From: Gemmatimonadota bacterium
Lineage (GTDB): Bacteria > Gemmatimonadota > Gemmatimonadetes > Palauibacterales > KS3-K002
DNA length: 64,000 nucleotides
NCBI GenBank assembly: GCA_039586795.1
Contig: JBDHJS010000011.1
Location: forward strand, 32,001 to 96,000
Direction of reading: 5' to 3'
Part shown: one piece after another, positions 19,858 to 30,800 of the stretch
Layout of the letters: each line of letters begins with the position of its first letter
How positions within the stretch are numbered: position 1 is the stretch's first letter
Translations under genes and position numbers: made by a program
The notes under the pieces: model-generated
What the model was told of the DNA's origin: nothing
The model's database searches: none
What the model saw: the letters and a program-made list of their open reading frames with translations, nothing else

Positions 19858-20694
19858 CTAGAAAGCGAGATCAATCACGAACCGCAGATCCCACACCGTT
19901 CCCTTCGTCGGTCGCACGACGTTATAGAACAGCTGCAGACCCAGGTTCATGTCGACAGTACCAAGTCGGAAAAGCCTCTGAGCGCCGCCTCCGATCGGGA
20001 AGTAAACCTTCTCGCCGCTTGGCTTGAGCCAGTAGACGGAGACCCCGTACGGCACGTAAATCAGATCCCATTGCTCCGACAGCGAGTAGTAGATGAACGG
20101 CTTGATCATCAGCATGCTCACCGCTTCACGGTCGGGATCGCCGGCAAACGACCAGATCTGAAGCGCGATAGCCCCCGCGAAGAGCCGGCCGCTCTCGTAC
20201 TCGTAGTCGATGCTGGGACCGATCGACCACTTTCCGCTTCCCAGTGTCTCGGACGAGGCTGTGGGAAACTGAGCTGCCAGACCCGGCGCGAAGTGATGCT
20301 TGCCGTGGTGCGGGCCTTGTTTCGAGAACCAGAAGCCGGTGAGAAGATCGGAGATACCGGTGGCTGCCTCAATGCTACCTGCGACCGGATTGCCCGGCGG
20401 CTGGCCGGGGATGGCGCGCGGGAAATCGGCGACCTCCAGATACGCGATGTTCTTGACCTCGTAGCCCGCCACGCCCAGATAGCTCTCGAGCTCGATACCG
20501 AGAGTTGTGGCGTCGTCCCCTTCGTCTACCATGAAGCTGCGAAATATCCAGTTCCTTAGCCCGCCCACGTGAAAGCCGGCTGAACTCGTGCCGTGATCTT
20601 CGCTGGCACCCTCCTGCGCCCAGCCAGCGCCAGGGGCGCCTGCTAGCACCAGCGAAACCAGCGCGCAGGCACTCGCCAGTCTCTTCATCATCAT
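19858..20694 (-). CDS. Putative outer-membrane beta-barrel protein, distant relative of the neighbour
   Basis: Signal peptide; TGISD, PTAS...LGSGKWSIGP, KPFIYY; C-terminal Phe. Confidence 0.68.
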   Translation of the reverse strand: MMMKRLASACALVSLVLAGAPGAGWAQEGASEDHGTSSAGFHVGGLRNWIFRSFMVDEGDDATTLGIELESYLGVAGYEVKNIAYLEVADFPRAIPGQPPGNPVAGSIEAATGISDLLTGFWFSKQGPHHGKHHFAPGLAAQFPTASSETLGSGKWSIGPSIDYEYESGRLFAGAIALQIWSFAGDPDREAVSMLMIKPFIYYSLSEQWDLIYVPYGVSVYWLKPSGEKVYFPIGGGAQRLFRLGTVDMNLGLQLFYNVVRPTKGTVWDLRFVIDLAF

Positions 20695-20724
20695 TCGGAT
20701 GCTCCTCGCTCATCTCGCGCCGCG

Positions 20725-20763
20725 GGATTGGCGATCGAAGTTCAACTCCGCGATCGCCAATCC
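20725..20763. repeat. 13-bp inverted repeat / hairpin
   Basis: GGATTGGCGATCG-N13-CGATCGCCAATCC in the intergenic region. Confidence 0.6.
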
Positions 20764-20854
20764 GCCATCGCTAACTGCGCCACTCTGTGTCTCATACTCA
20801 TCTCCTTTAGGTGGCTGTCCAATTCATTACTGACTACTGAATCACTCACCGCTC

Positions 20855-23136
20855 TCAATTCGTCCCTTCGGTGAGTCTGAAGATCACTTTATCCAACTCC
20901 CCGGTGAACGGGTAATGGTTTTGGATCCGGTACCCGTTGCTCACCGGTGTTCCAGCATCCACACCCACGTCGAACGTTTCGGAGAGTGAAAACGTGGAGA
21001 TATGCATCTCCGGCATCTCCACCTCATCGACCTTGGTGCCGTTGATGTAGAGCTCTCCGGTTCCGCCAGGAATCCCGGCCGTGCTGCCGCCGGTTTCGAT
21101 GAAGTTGAACTTGATGTGCACTTCACCGCGCGGCAGCGGCTGCGACTCCAGGGAGTAGTAACGCCCGTGGTAGTAGTTGTAGTCGTAGTATGCCCGGTTG
21201 TTCTTGATGTACAGCGTGTATCCGCCGGTGAAGCCACCGCAGGCGACGATCACACCTTCCTCGTTGCCGGTGAGATCGAGCGTGGTCTCGATACTGTGCG
21301 AGCGGCCCTTGACCGGAGCCGAGGCCTTCTCGGCGATACGTCGGGCACCAGGCGCATAGTAGACGAACTCGGTGCGGTCACCGAAAAGCCTGTCCTGCTG
21401 CTTGGCGATGCGCTGGATCATGTCGTCATACAGCGGGTAGACGTTGTTCTCCCAGGCCAGTTCCTCCCAACGCGCCTTGAGCTCCTCGAGTTTTTCGGGA
21501 TACTGATCGGCCACGTTTACAGCTTCGGAAAAATCCTCATCGATGTTATAGAGCTCCCACACGTCGTCCTCGAAGGGCGACGTTCTGTTGAGCTGCCAGG
21601 GCATGCGGTTGGCGTGGATGGTGACCGCCTTCCAGCCGTCCTGGAGGAGTAAGCCATGCTGACGCCGTCGAGGTCCATCTGCTCCTCGCCGTCCAGCTCC
21701 CTTAGGAAGGGCGTGTTCGTCACGTCGAGTATAGTGGCACCGATGTCGGTGATGTGGTGGTACTGGTTGCGGACCTCACCCTTCGCCTGAATCCCGGCCG
21801 GCCAGTGGATGACCAACGGGTCCTGGATGCCACCGCGATGGACGATCTGTTTGAAGTACTGGAAGGGAGTGTTGCCAGCCAGCGCCCATCCCGCGTGGAA
21901 GTGCGGGTAGGTCGTGGGGCCGCCCCAATCGTCGTAGTGCGAGAGGTTTGCTTCGAGCGGGGTCTGCAGCCCGTTCAGGACGTAGGTCTCGTTGAAGCTG
22001 CCGGTGAGGCCGCCTTCGCCTGACGACCCGTTGTCGGCCGTAACCATGATGAGCGTGTTGTCGAGCTGGCCGGTGCGCTCGAGGGTCTCCAGAATACGCC
22101 CAATCTGCTCGTCCACGTGCGTGAGCATCGCGGCAAACACCTCCATCTGTCGAGCGTAAAGCCTCTGTTCCTCCCGGGGGAGACTGTCCCAGGCGGGGAT
22201 TTCCGCCGTGCGCTCAGTGAGCAGCGTACCCTCCGGGATAACCCCCATCTCCAGCTGGTTCTGGTGGATCATCTCCCGGGCGCGGTCCCAGCCCATGTCA
22301 AACCTACCTCTGTACATTTCGATATACTCGGGCGGCGCCTGGTGCGGCGAGTGCATGGCCACCGGAGCCCAGAACAGCATGAAGGGACGGTCGGGCGACG
22401 CGGACAGGTGCGCGGTGATGTTACGGGTCGCCTCGTCGGCCATCGCCTCGCTCCAGTGGTACCCGGGTCTTCCTTCCCAGTCCTCGAGTGGATAGTGATC
22501 CCGCCAAACCAGAGAGCGGAAGTTGTCGGCATCTGCCGCCATGAAGCCGTAGTAGTGATCGAATCCCTCGCCGCTGGGCCAGCGATCGAAGGGGCCGCTC
22601 TCCGAGACCTCGTACAGCGGCGTGTGATCCCATTTCCCGATCGCGTAGTTCACGAAGCCAGCTTCTTGCAGATGTTTCGCGATCGACTTGCCCGACTCGG
22701 GTGGAAAGGCATTGTAGCCCGGGAAGCCCATGGCCGTGAGCGAGTGCGAGCCGAGTCCGATCCGGTGGTGGTTCCGGGCCGCCATGATCGTGGCTCGGGA
22801 CGGCGAGCAGAGCGCCGTGGTGTGGAAGTTGTTGTAGCGCAGCCCGTTCGCCGCCAGCGCGTCGATATTGGGTGTCTCGATGAGCCCGCCGAAGCTTCCC
22901 AGGTGTCCGAAGCCCGTGTCATCTAGTAGAAAGATGATCACGTTGGGTGTTCCCTCCGGCGGCTTGGGCGTAGATGGCCACCACTCCTCCGAGTCCTCGT
23001 ACGACTCGGCAATCTTGCCTTCGAACTCCTGCCCATACTTCTCGAACGACTCGGACCTCTGCTCGCCCGCCGGGGCACAGGCTCCGGCCATGCCGAAGAG
23101 TACAGCGAGGCCGACGAAGATTCTCCAATTGTTCAC
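20855..23136 (-). pseudogene. Cys-type arylsulfatase lipoprotein split by an internal deletion/frameshift
   Basis: LLDD, TTALCSPSR, GKW, DNG, HHITD in ORF 21517-23136. After GVSMAYS the sequence resumes in another frame as QDGWKAVTIHANRMPW...WELYN and continues to 20855. Confidence 0.8.
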
Positions 23137-23197
23137 AGAGTCCTCCTTCTATCTGGTGAAAGGCGGTGTACCCCCGCGTTGCTTCTCTCCAGTCCGC

Positions 23198-23596
23198 TCA
23201 CTTGGCCTTTGAGATTCGCACAGGGCCGAAGACGCCGGTCACATAGATCTCGTTCTCGTTGAGCGGGATGAGAATGCCCCCAGCGGTGTTGAAGATTGGG
23301 CTGGTGCCGAGAATCACCTTGCCGACCTCCTCGCCGGTGTCCCAGTCGACATGCACGAGGCTGTAGACCCCACCCTCCACCGGAGTGAGCGTCACGGTGT
23401 TGCTGGCGGCGGAGACGGGATGGAGGGCCCACTGGAGAGAATAGTTCACTTTCCAGTCGCTCTTGAGCGAAGCTGTTTTTGAATCCCAGCTCCACTTCTC
23501 GGCCCCCACCGTGGCTTCCCGGGTGACTCCGGCCGCGAGCACCGTCTCGAATACCGCCACTGGGCCGAGGGTCCAGGTAATCCCCAGCGGACTCAT
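23198..23596 (-). CDS. Hypothetical protein, probably a C-terminal beta-rich fragment
   Basis: 132 aa, beta-rich, no signal peptide; plausible codon usage. Confidence 0.5.
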   Translation of the reverse strand: MSPLGITWTLGPVAVFETVLAAGVTREATVGAEKWSWDSKTASLKSDWKVNYSLQWALHPVSAASNTVTLTPVEGGVYSLVHVDWDTGEEVGKVILGTSPIFNTAGGILIPLNENEIYVTGVFGPVRISKAK

Positions 23597-23606
23597 TTGA
23601 CCACCG

Positions 23607-24203
23607 TCATCCTAGCTTCCGCGACCCGAGTGCGACCTGCGTGTCGGCGCCCCAGTTGAAATACCAACCCGCCGCATCCATGAAGCCCGTATCGAGGGGC
23701 TGCACCTTATCGGAGTCGACGATCTGCAACGTCCCCATCGTCGGCAGCGACGTGAGCGGCTGGTACACCGTCATGCGGTTGCCTTCCAATTCCTCGACGA
23801 TGAACGCGACAGTGCTCACTCCGGGTCCCAAGTCAAGGAGCGCCGGCTTCATGTTCCTCAACTCTTCGCCGGCCAGCTGATGCGTGATATTGCGTACGAC
23901 GCGGTAGGGCGGGAAGCGATTGAAGTATTCGCGCTCGATCCAGCCGCCGAGCCACCTTGCCGGCGCGGTGTCCTTCAGCATCCCGATCAGAACGAAGATC
24001 AGAAACAGGAAGGTGAGGATGGCCAGCTGACGTCCCGTAGGGCTTAGCATACCGAAGCGCGGAATCAAGTCTTGCAGTGGTTGCGTCAGCAAGACGGTAA
24101 GATCGTAGAACCCGCCGATCAGCAGGTAGGCAAGAAGGAACGGGAGCAGGATAAGAAAGCCGCTCACGAACTTCCTGCCGAGCGTACTCAGGAAGCCGCC
24201 CAT
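23607..24203 (-). CDS. DUF502-family membrane protein
   Basis: F.SG.L.LLP, two TM helices, P.Y..V, VY.P....PT.G. Confidence 0.8.
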   Translation of the reverse strand: MGGFLSTLGRKFVSGFLILLPFLLAYLLIGGFYDLTVLLTQPLQDLIPRFGMLSPTGRQLAILTFLFLIFVLIGMLKDTAPARWLGGWIEREYFNRFPPYRVVRNITHQLAGEELRNMKPALLDLGPGVSTVAFIVEELEGNRMTVYQPLTSLPTMGTLQIVDSDKVQPLDTGFMDAAGWYFNWGADTQVALGSRKLG

Positions 24204-24391
24204 GGTCGGTCATCCCTTTCGGTTGAGCGCGTCTCGGCCGTAGCAAGCGTGTTGGGGCCTGAAGGGAATGTGTGAGAAGTGATTCTAGCAGACTTCGCGT
24301 GCCGCAGGCAAGAGACCTACCGGTCTGTTACAGGATCGTTTAAATCGGGCACGAACCGAACGAAGGGAAGCGCTTCCTGCTCGCGGATCGG

Positions 24392-26758
24392 TTAGAACGA
24401 CGTGTGTTCGGTGCGGGCGATGATCTCGTCCTGGAGGGCTTTGCCGAGGTCGCAGAAGTAGTCGCTGTAGCCGGCGACACGGACGATGAGGTCCCGGTGC
24501 TTATCGGGCTCGGCCTGGGCGGCGCGCAGCGTGGCGGCATCGATGACGTTGAACTGGATGTGGTGGCCGTCCAGCTTGAAATAGGAGCGAACGAGGTGCA
24601 CGAACTTCTCGAGCCCCTCTTCGCCGTCCATCAGGCTTGGTGTAAGCTTCTGGTTGAGGAGGGTTCCTCCCGTACGCGCATGGTCCATCTTCGACGCGGA
24701 TTTCAGCACCGCGGTTGGGCCATTCCGGTCGGCGCCCTGCACCGGCGAGATTCCTTCGGAAAGTGGTTCCGATGCTTTGCGGCCGTCCGCCGATGCGCCG
24801 CACACCGAGCCGAAGTAGATGTGGCACGTCGTGGGCAGCAGGTTGACGTGGTACTTGCCGCCGCGGGTGTTGGGTCGCCCGTCGATTGTCTCGAAATAGG
24901 CCTCGAAGATTTCCTGCATGACTGAATCCGCACAGTCATCATCGTTGCCGTACTTCGGCGTCCGATTCAGCAGCAGCTTCTTTAGGCGGTCGTGTCCCTC
25001 GAAGTCGTTCATTAACGCCTCGAGCAACTCCGTCATCGTCACTGATTTCTCTTCGAACACATGGTGCTTGATGGCGGTCATTGCATCGGTGATCGTGCCG
25101 AGGCCGACGCCCTGGACATACGAGGTGTTGTAGCGAGCGCCGCCGTCGTGGTAGTCCTTTCCGTTCGCGATGCAATCGTCGATCAGTAACGACAAGAAGG
25201 GAGTCGGTATATACGTGGCCCACAATCGCTCGATAACGTTGTTGCCGCGCATTTTGATGTCGACAAAGTGGCGCAGCTGTTTCTTGTATGCTTCGAAGAA
25301 CTCCTCGAATCTGTCAAACGCCCTCGGGTCACCTGTTTCGATCCCGATCCGCTTTCCGGTACGCGGGTCGATCCCGTTGTTGAGCGTGATCTCGAGCACC
25401 TTCGGCATGTTGAAGTAGCCGGTCAGGTTGTAGTTCTCTTTCCCGAACGCGCCCACCTCAACGCAACCACTGGAGCCGCCGTTACGAGCGTCCTCCACCG
25501 ACTTACCCTGCCGCACGAGCTCCTGGACAATCAGGTCGGCGTTGAAGATCGATGGCTGTCCAAAGCCGGTTTTGATGATCCTTCCCGCCCGCTTGAGGAA
25601 ACGATCGGGGTTCATCTTGGAGAGCTGAACCGACGAGCTTGGCTGCACCAGCCGCATCTCCTCGATGACGTCGAGCATCAGATAGGTGACGTCATTGACC
25701 GCGTCCGTGCCGTCTTCGTTGATCCCGCCCGTGTTGATCTGAGCGAAGTCGGTATAGGTGTTGCTCTCCTCGGCCGTGACACCGACCTTCGGCGGCGCCG
25801 GTTGGTTGTTGAACTTGATCCAGAAGCACTGAAGCAGCTCGCGCGCCCGTTCCTCGGTGAGGGTCCCGTCGTCAAGCCCCTTCTTGTAGAACGGATAGAG
25901 ATGACGATCCAGGTGGCCCGGGTTGAACGCATCCCACGTGTTGAGCTCGGTGATCACGCCCAGGTGTACGAACCAGTAGTGCTGCAACGCTTCCCAGAAG
26001 TCCCGCGGCGGGTGCAAGGGCACGTGGGTGCAGATATCGACCATCCGCTCCAACTCGGCCTTTCGCTCCGGATCGCGGGTCTTGTGCGCCAGGTCGCGGA
26101 TCTTCTCGGCGTGTCGCTCGGCGTAACGAGATAGGGCTTGCGCGGCGACCTTCATTGCCTTGAGTTGCTGCTCCTTAGCGTAAGCCTCCGGATCGTTCAG
26201 CCAGTCGAGGGCCTCGATCCGCGCATTGATGTCTTCCTTGAAGTTGCCCAGACCCTTCGGATAGATCTTGTCGTCGAGCACGGTATGCCCGGGTGCCCGC
26301 TGCTCCATAAACTCGGTGAAGATCCCGGCCTCGTATGCGGCTTTCCACTCCTCCGTCATCTCTGACATGATGACGTCGCGCAGCGAGCGATTCTTCCAGA
26401 ACGGGATCATCCGGCGCTCGAAGAGCGTCCGGGTCCGATCATCGACCGAGAACGAAACCTTCTCCCGCGAGTCGAGGATTTCGAGGTCCTGAAGGCTGTG
26501 GCAGCATACTTCTGGATACGTCGGCGTCGCCTTCGGCGCCGGTCCGCGCTCGCCGACGATCAACTCGCCCTCTTCGATGAAGATCTCTTTGTTTTCCAGA
26601 ATGTGTTTGAAGGCAAGCGCACGCCGCATGGGCGCGGAGAGCGTGCCGTGGTCCTGCTCGTAGAACTCCGTTATCAGCTCGGCCCGCTCCGACGAAACGC
26701 TGGGCTGGGCTCCGAGGCTCAGCTTCCGAAGCTTCTTTACCCTATCGCTGAGACTCAT
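24392..26758 (-). CDS. hypD: Glycyl radical enzyme, trans-4-hydroxy-L-proline dehydratase type
   Basis: FTEFMEQRAPGHT, ELNTWDAF, NQPAPPKVG...ES.TYTDF, SGCVE, YFN, LPTTCH, RVAGYSDYF. Confidence 0.88.
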   Translation of the reverse strand: MSLSDRVKKLRKLSLGAQPSVSSERAELITEFYEQDHGTLSAPMRRALAFKHILENKEIFIEEGELIVGERGPAPKATPTYPEVCCHSLQDLEILDSREKVSFSVDDRTRTLFERRMIPFWKNRSLRDVIMSEMTEEWKAAYEAGIFTEFMEQRAPGHTVLDDKIYPKGLGNFKEDINARIEALDWLNDPEAYAKEQQLKAMKVAAQALSRYAERHAEKIRDLAHKTRDPERKAELERMVDICTHVPLHPPRDFWEALQHYWFVHLGVITELNTWDAFNPGHLDRHLYPFYKKGLDDGTLTEERARELLQCFWIKFNNQPAPPKVGVTAEESNTYTDFAQINTGGINEDGTDAVNDVTYLMLDVIEEMRLVQPSSSVQLSKMNPDRFLKRAGRIIKTGFGQPSIFNADLIVQELVRQGKSVEDARNGGSSGCVEVGAFGKENYNLTGYFNMPKVLEITLNNGIDPRTGKRIGIETGDPRAFDRFEEFFEAYKKQLRHFVDIKMRGNNVIERLWATYIPTPFLSLLIDDCIANGKDYHDGGARYNTSYVQGVGLGTITDAMTAIKHHVFEEKSVTMTELLEALMNDFEGHDRLKKLLLNRTPKYGNDDDCADSVMQEIFEAYFETIDGRPNTRGGKYHVNLLPTTCHIYFGSVCGASADGRKASEPLSEGISPVQGADRNGPTAVLKSASKMDHARTGGTLLNQKLTPSLMDGEEGLEKFVHLVRSYFKLDGHHIQFNVIDAATLRAAQAEPDKHRDLIVRVAGYSDYFCDLGKALQDEIIARTEHTSF

Positions 26759-27669
26759 GGCCGCTCACCCCTCACAGTTACATCCAGTTCGTATACTTCC
26801 AATTGCCTCACGACTTCTACTATAAGTTCCCGAGCCGGCGGTTCGAGAGCGGGGAGCTTGTGCTCCCGATCGAGCCGTCCGTACTTCTCGACGCCAATCC
26901 TGTGATACGGGAGAATGTCCACGGGATACTTCGACGGCAACTCAGAAAGAAAAGTTCCCATAGCGCTCACGTTTTCCGCATCGTCGTTGATACCGGGATG
27001 AAGCGGAAAACGCACGATCGCGTGCCCATCGTTCTCGGCCAACCAGCGCAGGTTCTCATGAATCGAACGGTTCGATTGACCCGTGAACTCGGTATGCCGG
27101 TGATCGTCCATCACCTTCAGGTCAAACAGGAAGATATCGACTCGCTTCGCCACGCGCCTGAAGATGTTCGGCGCGATGTTTCCGGATGTGTCCACCGCCG
27201 TCCGAATCCCACGCGCTTTGCACCCGTCGAGCAAGCCGATGAGGAATTCCGGTTGATGCAGCGGTTCGCCCCCGGAGAACGTGACGCCGCCTCCCGACTC
27301 GTCGTAGTAAATCGTGTCCTTCTCGATCTCTTCCAGCACGTCTTCAACGCTGACTTCACGACCGACAATCTCGATCGCTCCGCTGAGACAGACGTCGGCA
27401 CAGGCGCCGCACAGATCGCAACGAGCGCGATCGATTCGCACGGCTGTTCCGTTCTTGGAAATGGCGATTGGAGCACAGACGTCGATGCAGTCACCGCAAA
27501 GATCGCAGCGACTCTCCCTCAGCATCAACTCCGGCTCGAACTTCTGACTCTCCGGATTGTGACAAAGCCAGCAGCCCAGCGGGCAGCCCTTGAGGAATAC
27601 AGTCGTACGAAGGCCCGGTCCGTCGTGGATGGCGAACTTCTTGATGTCGAAGATGGTACCGCTGTTCAA
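26755..27669 (-). CDS. Glycyl-radical enzyme activating protein with ferredoxin insert
   Basis: HDGPGLRTTVFLKGCPLGCWLCHNPES, two CxxCxxCxxxC motifs, GGVTFSGGEP. Confidence 0.95.
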   Translation of the reverse strand: MNSGTIFDIKKFAIHDGPGLRTTVFLKGCPLGCWLCHNPESQKFEPELMLRESRCDLCGDCIDVCAPIAISKNGTAVRIDRARCDLCGACADVCLSGAIEIVGREVSVEDVLEEIEKDTIYYDESGGGVTFSGGEPLHQPEFLIGLLDGCKARGIRTAVDTSGNIAPNIFRRVAKRVDIFLFDLKVMDDHRHTEFTGQSNRSIHENLRWLAENDGHAIVRFPLHPGINDDAENVSAMGTFLSELPSKYPVDILPYHRIGVEKYGRLDREHKLPALEPPARELIVEVVRQLEVYELDVTVRGERP

Positions 27670-27832
27670 TAGATATACCCCAGTTCGTAGACGAACTCTG
27701 CCCAGCCCGCCCTGGGGGATTCAGTTGGGGCTAATGTGGATTATTACAACTATATCAGAATTCCGCCATGCGCAAAGACAGCCGCCTTAACGCATTGCAC
27801 CCCAACGTCTTAGGCCCTCTGTACGCCGGGCT

Positions 27833-30800
27833 TTACAGCGGTTCGTATCGCCAGGTCGGCACGCCGCGCCCCGGCGTCCATGGCGCGCCCGCCGCCTCCA
27901 GCGCGTCCTCCAACGCTGCCAGATCGGTCTCGATCAGCGCCCGCAGCCGCGCCAGCACTTCACCGAACGCCTGTCCCGCCACCTCGTAGTTCCGCTGGTG
28001 CGTCGTGGTCGGTGCCGCGCTGCTCCAGAATCCGCCCACAGCACGCTGCACGCGCCGAGTGATCGACGGCGGTATGTACTCAGCCCGGCTAGAGATCGTC
28101 CGGTCGCCCTGCAGGTCCACCTGGATATCCAAAAGCTGCTTCTCCAGCGACCTGATCTGCTCGAGAAGCGCTGCATCCGCCGCCGGCGCATCCATCACCG
28201 CCTGCTTCGCGTAGCTCAGCTCTTCCAGCGTCTGATCGACCACCTGATTGGCGCCGAGCACCGCGCGCTGTAGTCGCCCCAGTTTGTTTCTGAACTCGAG
28301 GAGCGCCGCCTGGTCGGCGGCGGCGAGCGTCGCGAGACCAAGCGGCTTCGCCTCGAAGATCTGAGGTGCGCCCATCGGCGTTAGCACTCCGTCGACGACC
28401 TTGCCCAGCTGAACGGTGTAGGCGCCGGGCATCGCCATTGGGCCGGACTGATCGCTCCCCGGCCGCGAGGGTCGGAATCCAGAATAGCGCAGGTCCCACG
28501 CAACGCGATGGATCCCGGAGGAAGACCGCCCTCTGATTCTGCGCACCACGTTTCCGTCACTGTCGGTGACAGTGAGGATGATCACGGGAGCCTCTTCACG
28601 ATCTTCTTCCCGCAACTCATCCCAGCTTGGGTAGTATACCGGCTCCCCTTCCCTGCGCAGGTTCGCCTCATGGCGCTGCCGGCGTTGCTTTGCCGTTTCC
28701 AACCCGTCTTTCAGGTAGTAGGTGAAGATGGCTCCGAAGGACGGATTGGGCGCCGTATAGAACGAGTGCCCCTGCGAGCCCTTCTGGCTGTATCCCATCG
28801 GGCCTGCCGGGATGTACATCAGAGCGTCTTTGACCGGGAAGATGTGCGCCTCTTCGGCGAGCAACGCAGCGTTCACCGCACGCAGCGGTGAGTAATCATC
28901 GAGTATGTAGATCCCGCGACCAAACGATGCGGCAACGAGATCGTTCTCCCGGCGTTGAATTTCCAGGTCGCGGAACGCGATGGTCGGCACACCGCTCGTC
29001 AACTCGATCCAGTTGCTTCCGCCGTCTAGCGAAGAGAAGAGGCCAAGCTCCGTGCCGACGAATAGCAGGTCCGGATTCACGTGATCTTCCTGGATCGACC
29101 ACGTTACGTGTCGCTCCGGAAGGTTACCGGCGATCGAGCTCCAACTGCGACCCTTGTCGGTGCTCTTGAGCACATAGGGGCTGAAGTCGCCTTCTTTGTG
29201 GTTGTTGAAGACGGCGTAGACCGTGTTCACATCGTTACGCGACGCGAGCACGTCGGCCACGTACGTCATGTCAGGCACCCCGGGAAAACGATCGACTCTT
29301 CTCCAGGTCGCGCCATCGTCTTCGCTCACCTGGATCAGCCCATCGTCCGTGCCAACGTAGAGTAACCCTTCCTGCAGCGGCGATTCATCCAGCGACACGA
29401 TCGTCCCGAACGGAGAGGTAAAGACGTTCTTCCACACCGCGTCAACGCCCCAAACGGTACCCATCACCTCGCGACGATTGCGGTCCATCCCGCGGCTCAG
29501 GTCGGGGCTGATCGCCTCCCAAGTGTTCGCCCGGTCGTCACTTTTATATAGACGGTTCGCCGCGAAGTAGAGCCGCGTCGGCGAGAACGGGCTGATGATC
29601 AGCGGCGAGTCCCAGTGCCAGCGGAGCGCCGGCTCACCGGGCTCCGGCTGCGGTTGGATGTCCAGCCGCTCGCCACTGGCCCGGTCGTAGCGCACGATCC
29701 CGGCGTACTGCGACTGCGAGTACAGAATGTCGGGGTTGCCGGGTTCGACCCGGGTCTGGAATCCGTCGCCGCCTACCGTGATGATCCAGTCGCTGTTGCG
29801 GATGCCGTGCAAGTTGTTGGTGCGTGACGGGCCGCCCAGCGTCGAGTTGTCCTGTGTACCGCAGTAGACGTTGTAGAAGGGCACGTCGTCATCGATGCCG
29901 ACGCGATAGCACTGGGTGATGGGCATGTTCGAGATGAACTTCCACGTATCGCCGCGATCCCACGACTCATAGATACCGCCGTCACTTCCCACCATCAGGT
30001 AATCGGGATCGTGGGGGTCGAACACGAGGGCATGGTTATCGACGTGCTTGAACCGCGAGCCCAACCGTTCGAAAGTGCGACCGCCATCTTCCGTGTAGTG
30101 AATCATCACGTCCATTGCATAGACGCGATCGAACTTGTGGGGGTCGGCGAAAATCTCGCCGTAGTACTGGGGATCGACGACGATGTAATCGCTCATCTTC
30201 TCCCAGCGCTCGCCGCGGTTCGACGAACGGAAGAACCCGCTTCTGTCATCGGCCGCCGCGACCAATGCATAGACCACGTCAGGGTGCTGGGGCGAGACGG
30301 CGATGGCGATGCGACCCAGGTCGACCGAGGGGATGCCGTTCATCACCTTCTTCCAGGTCGCGCCCCCGTCAATCGTCTTGTAGATCGCGGACTCGGGACC
30401 GCCGGCCACGAGCACTCCGACGTGTCGGCGCCGCTGGTACGACACGGCGTAGATTACGTCCGGGTTGCGAGGATCGAAGGCCAGGTCGGCGATGCCGGTG
30501 TTCTCGCTGATCTCCAGCACGAGCTGCCACGTCGCTCCGCCATCCGGCGTCCGGTACAAGCCCCGGTCACCGCCCGGCGCCCAGAGCGGGCCCTGCGCGG
30601 CGACGTACACCACATCGCTGTCGCGCGGGTCGATGAGGATCTTGCCGATGTGCTCCGAGTTCTCGAGTCCGACATTCGTCCAACTGCGTCCGCCATCGAG
30701 ACTCTTGTAGATGCCATCGCCGTAGCCGGCGCTCCGCTGACTGGCGTTCTCACCCGTACCGAGCCACAACACATCCGGGTCATTCGGGTCGATGGCGATG

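Noticed and set aside
24392..26758. Pyruvate formate-lyase or choline TMA-lyase
   Set aside because: It has a single-Cys GCVE loop rather than the PFL CC pair, and the surrounding motifs match HypD.
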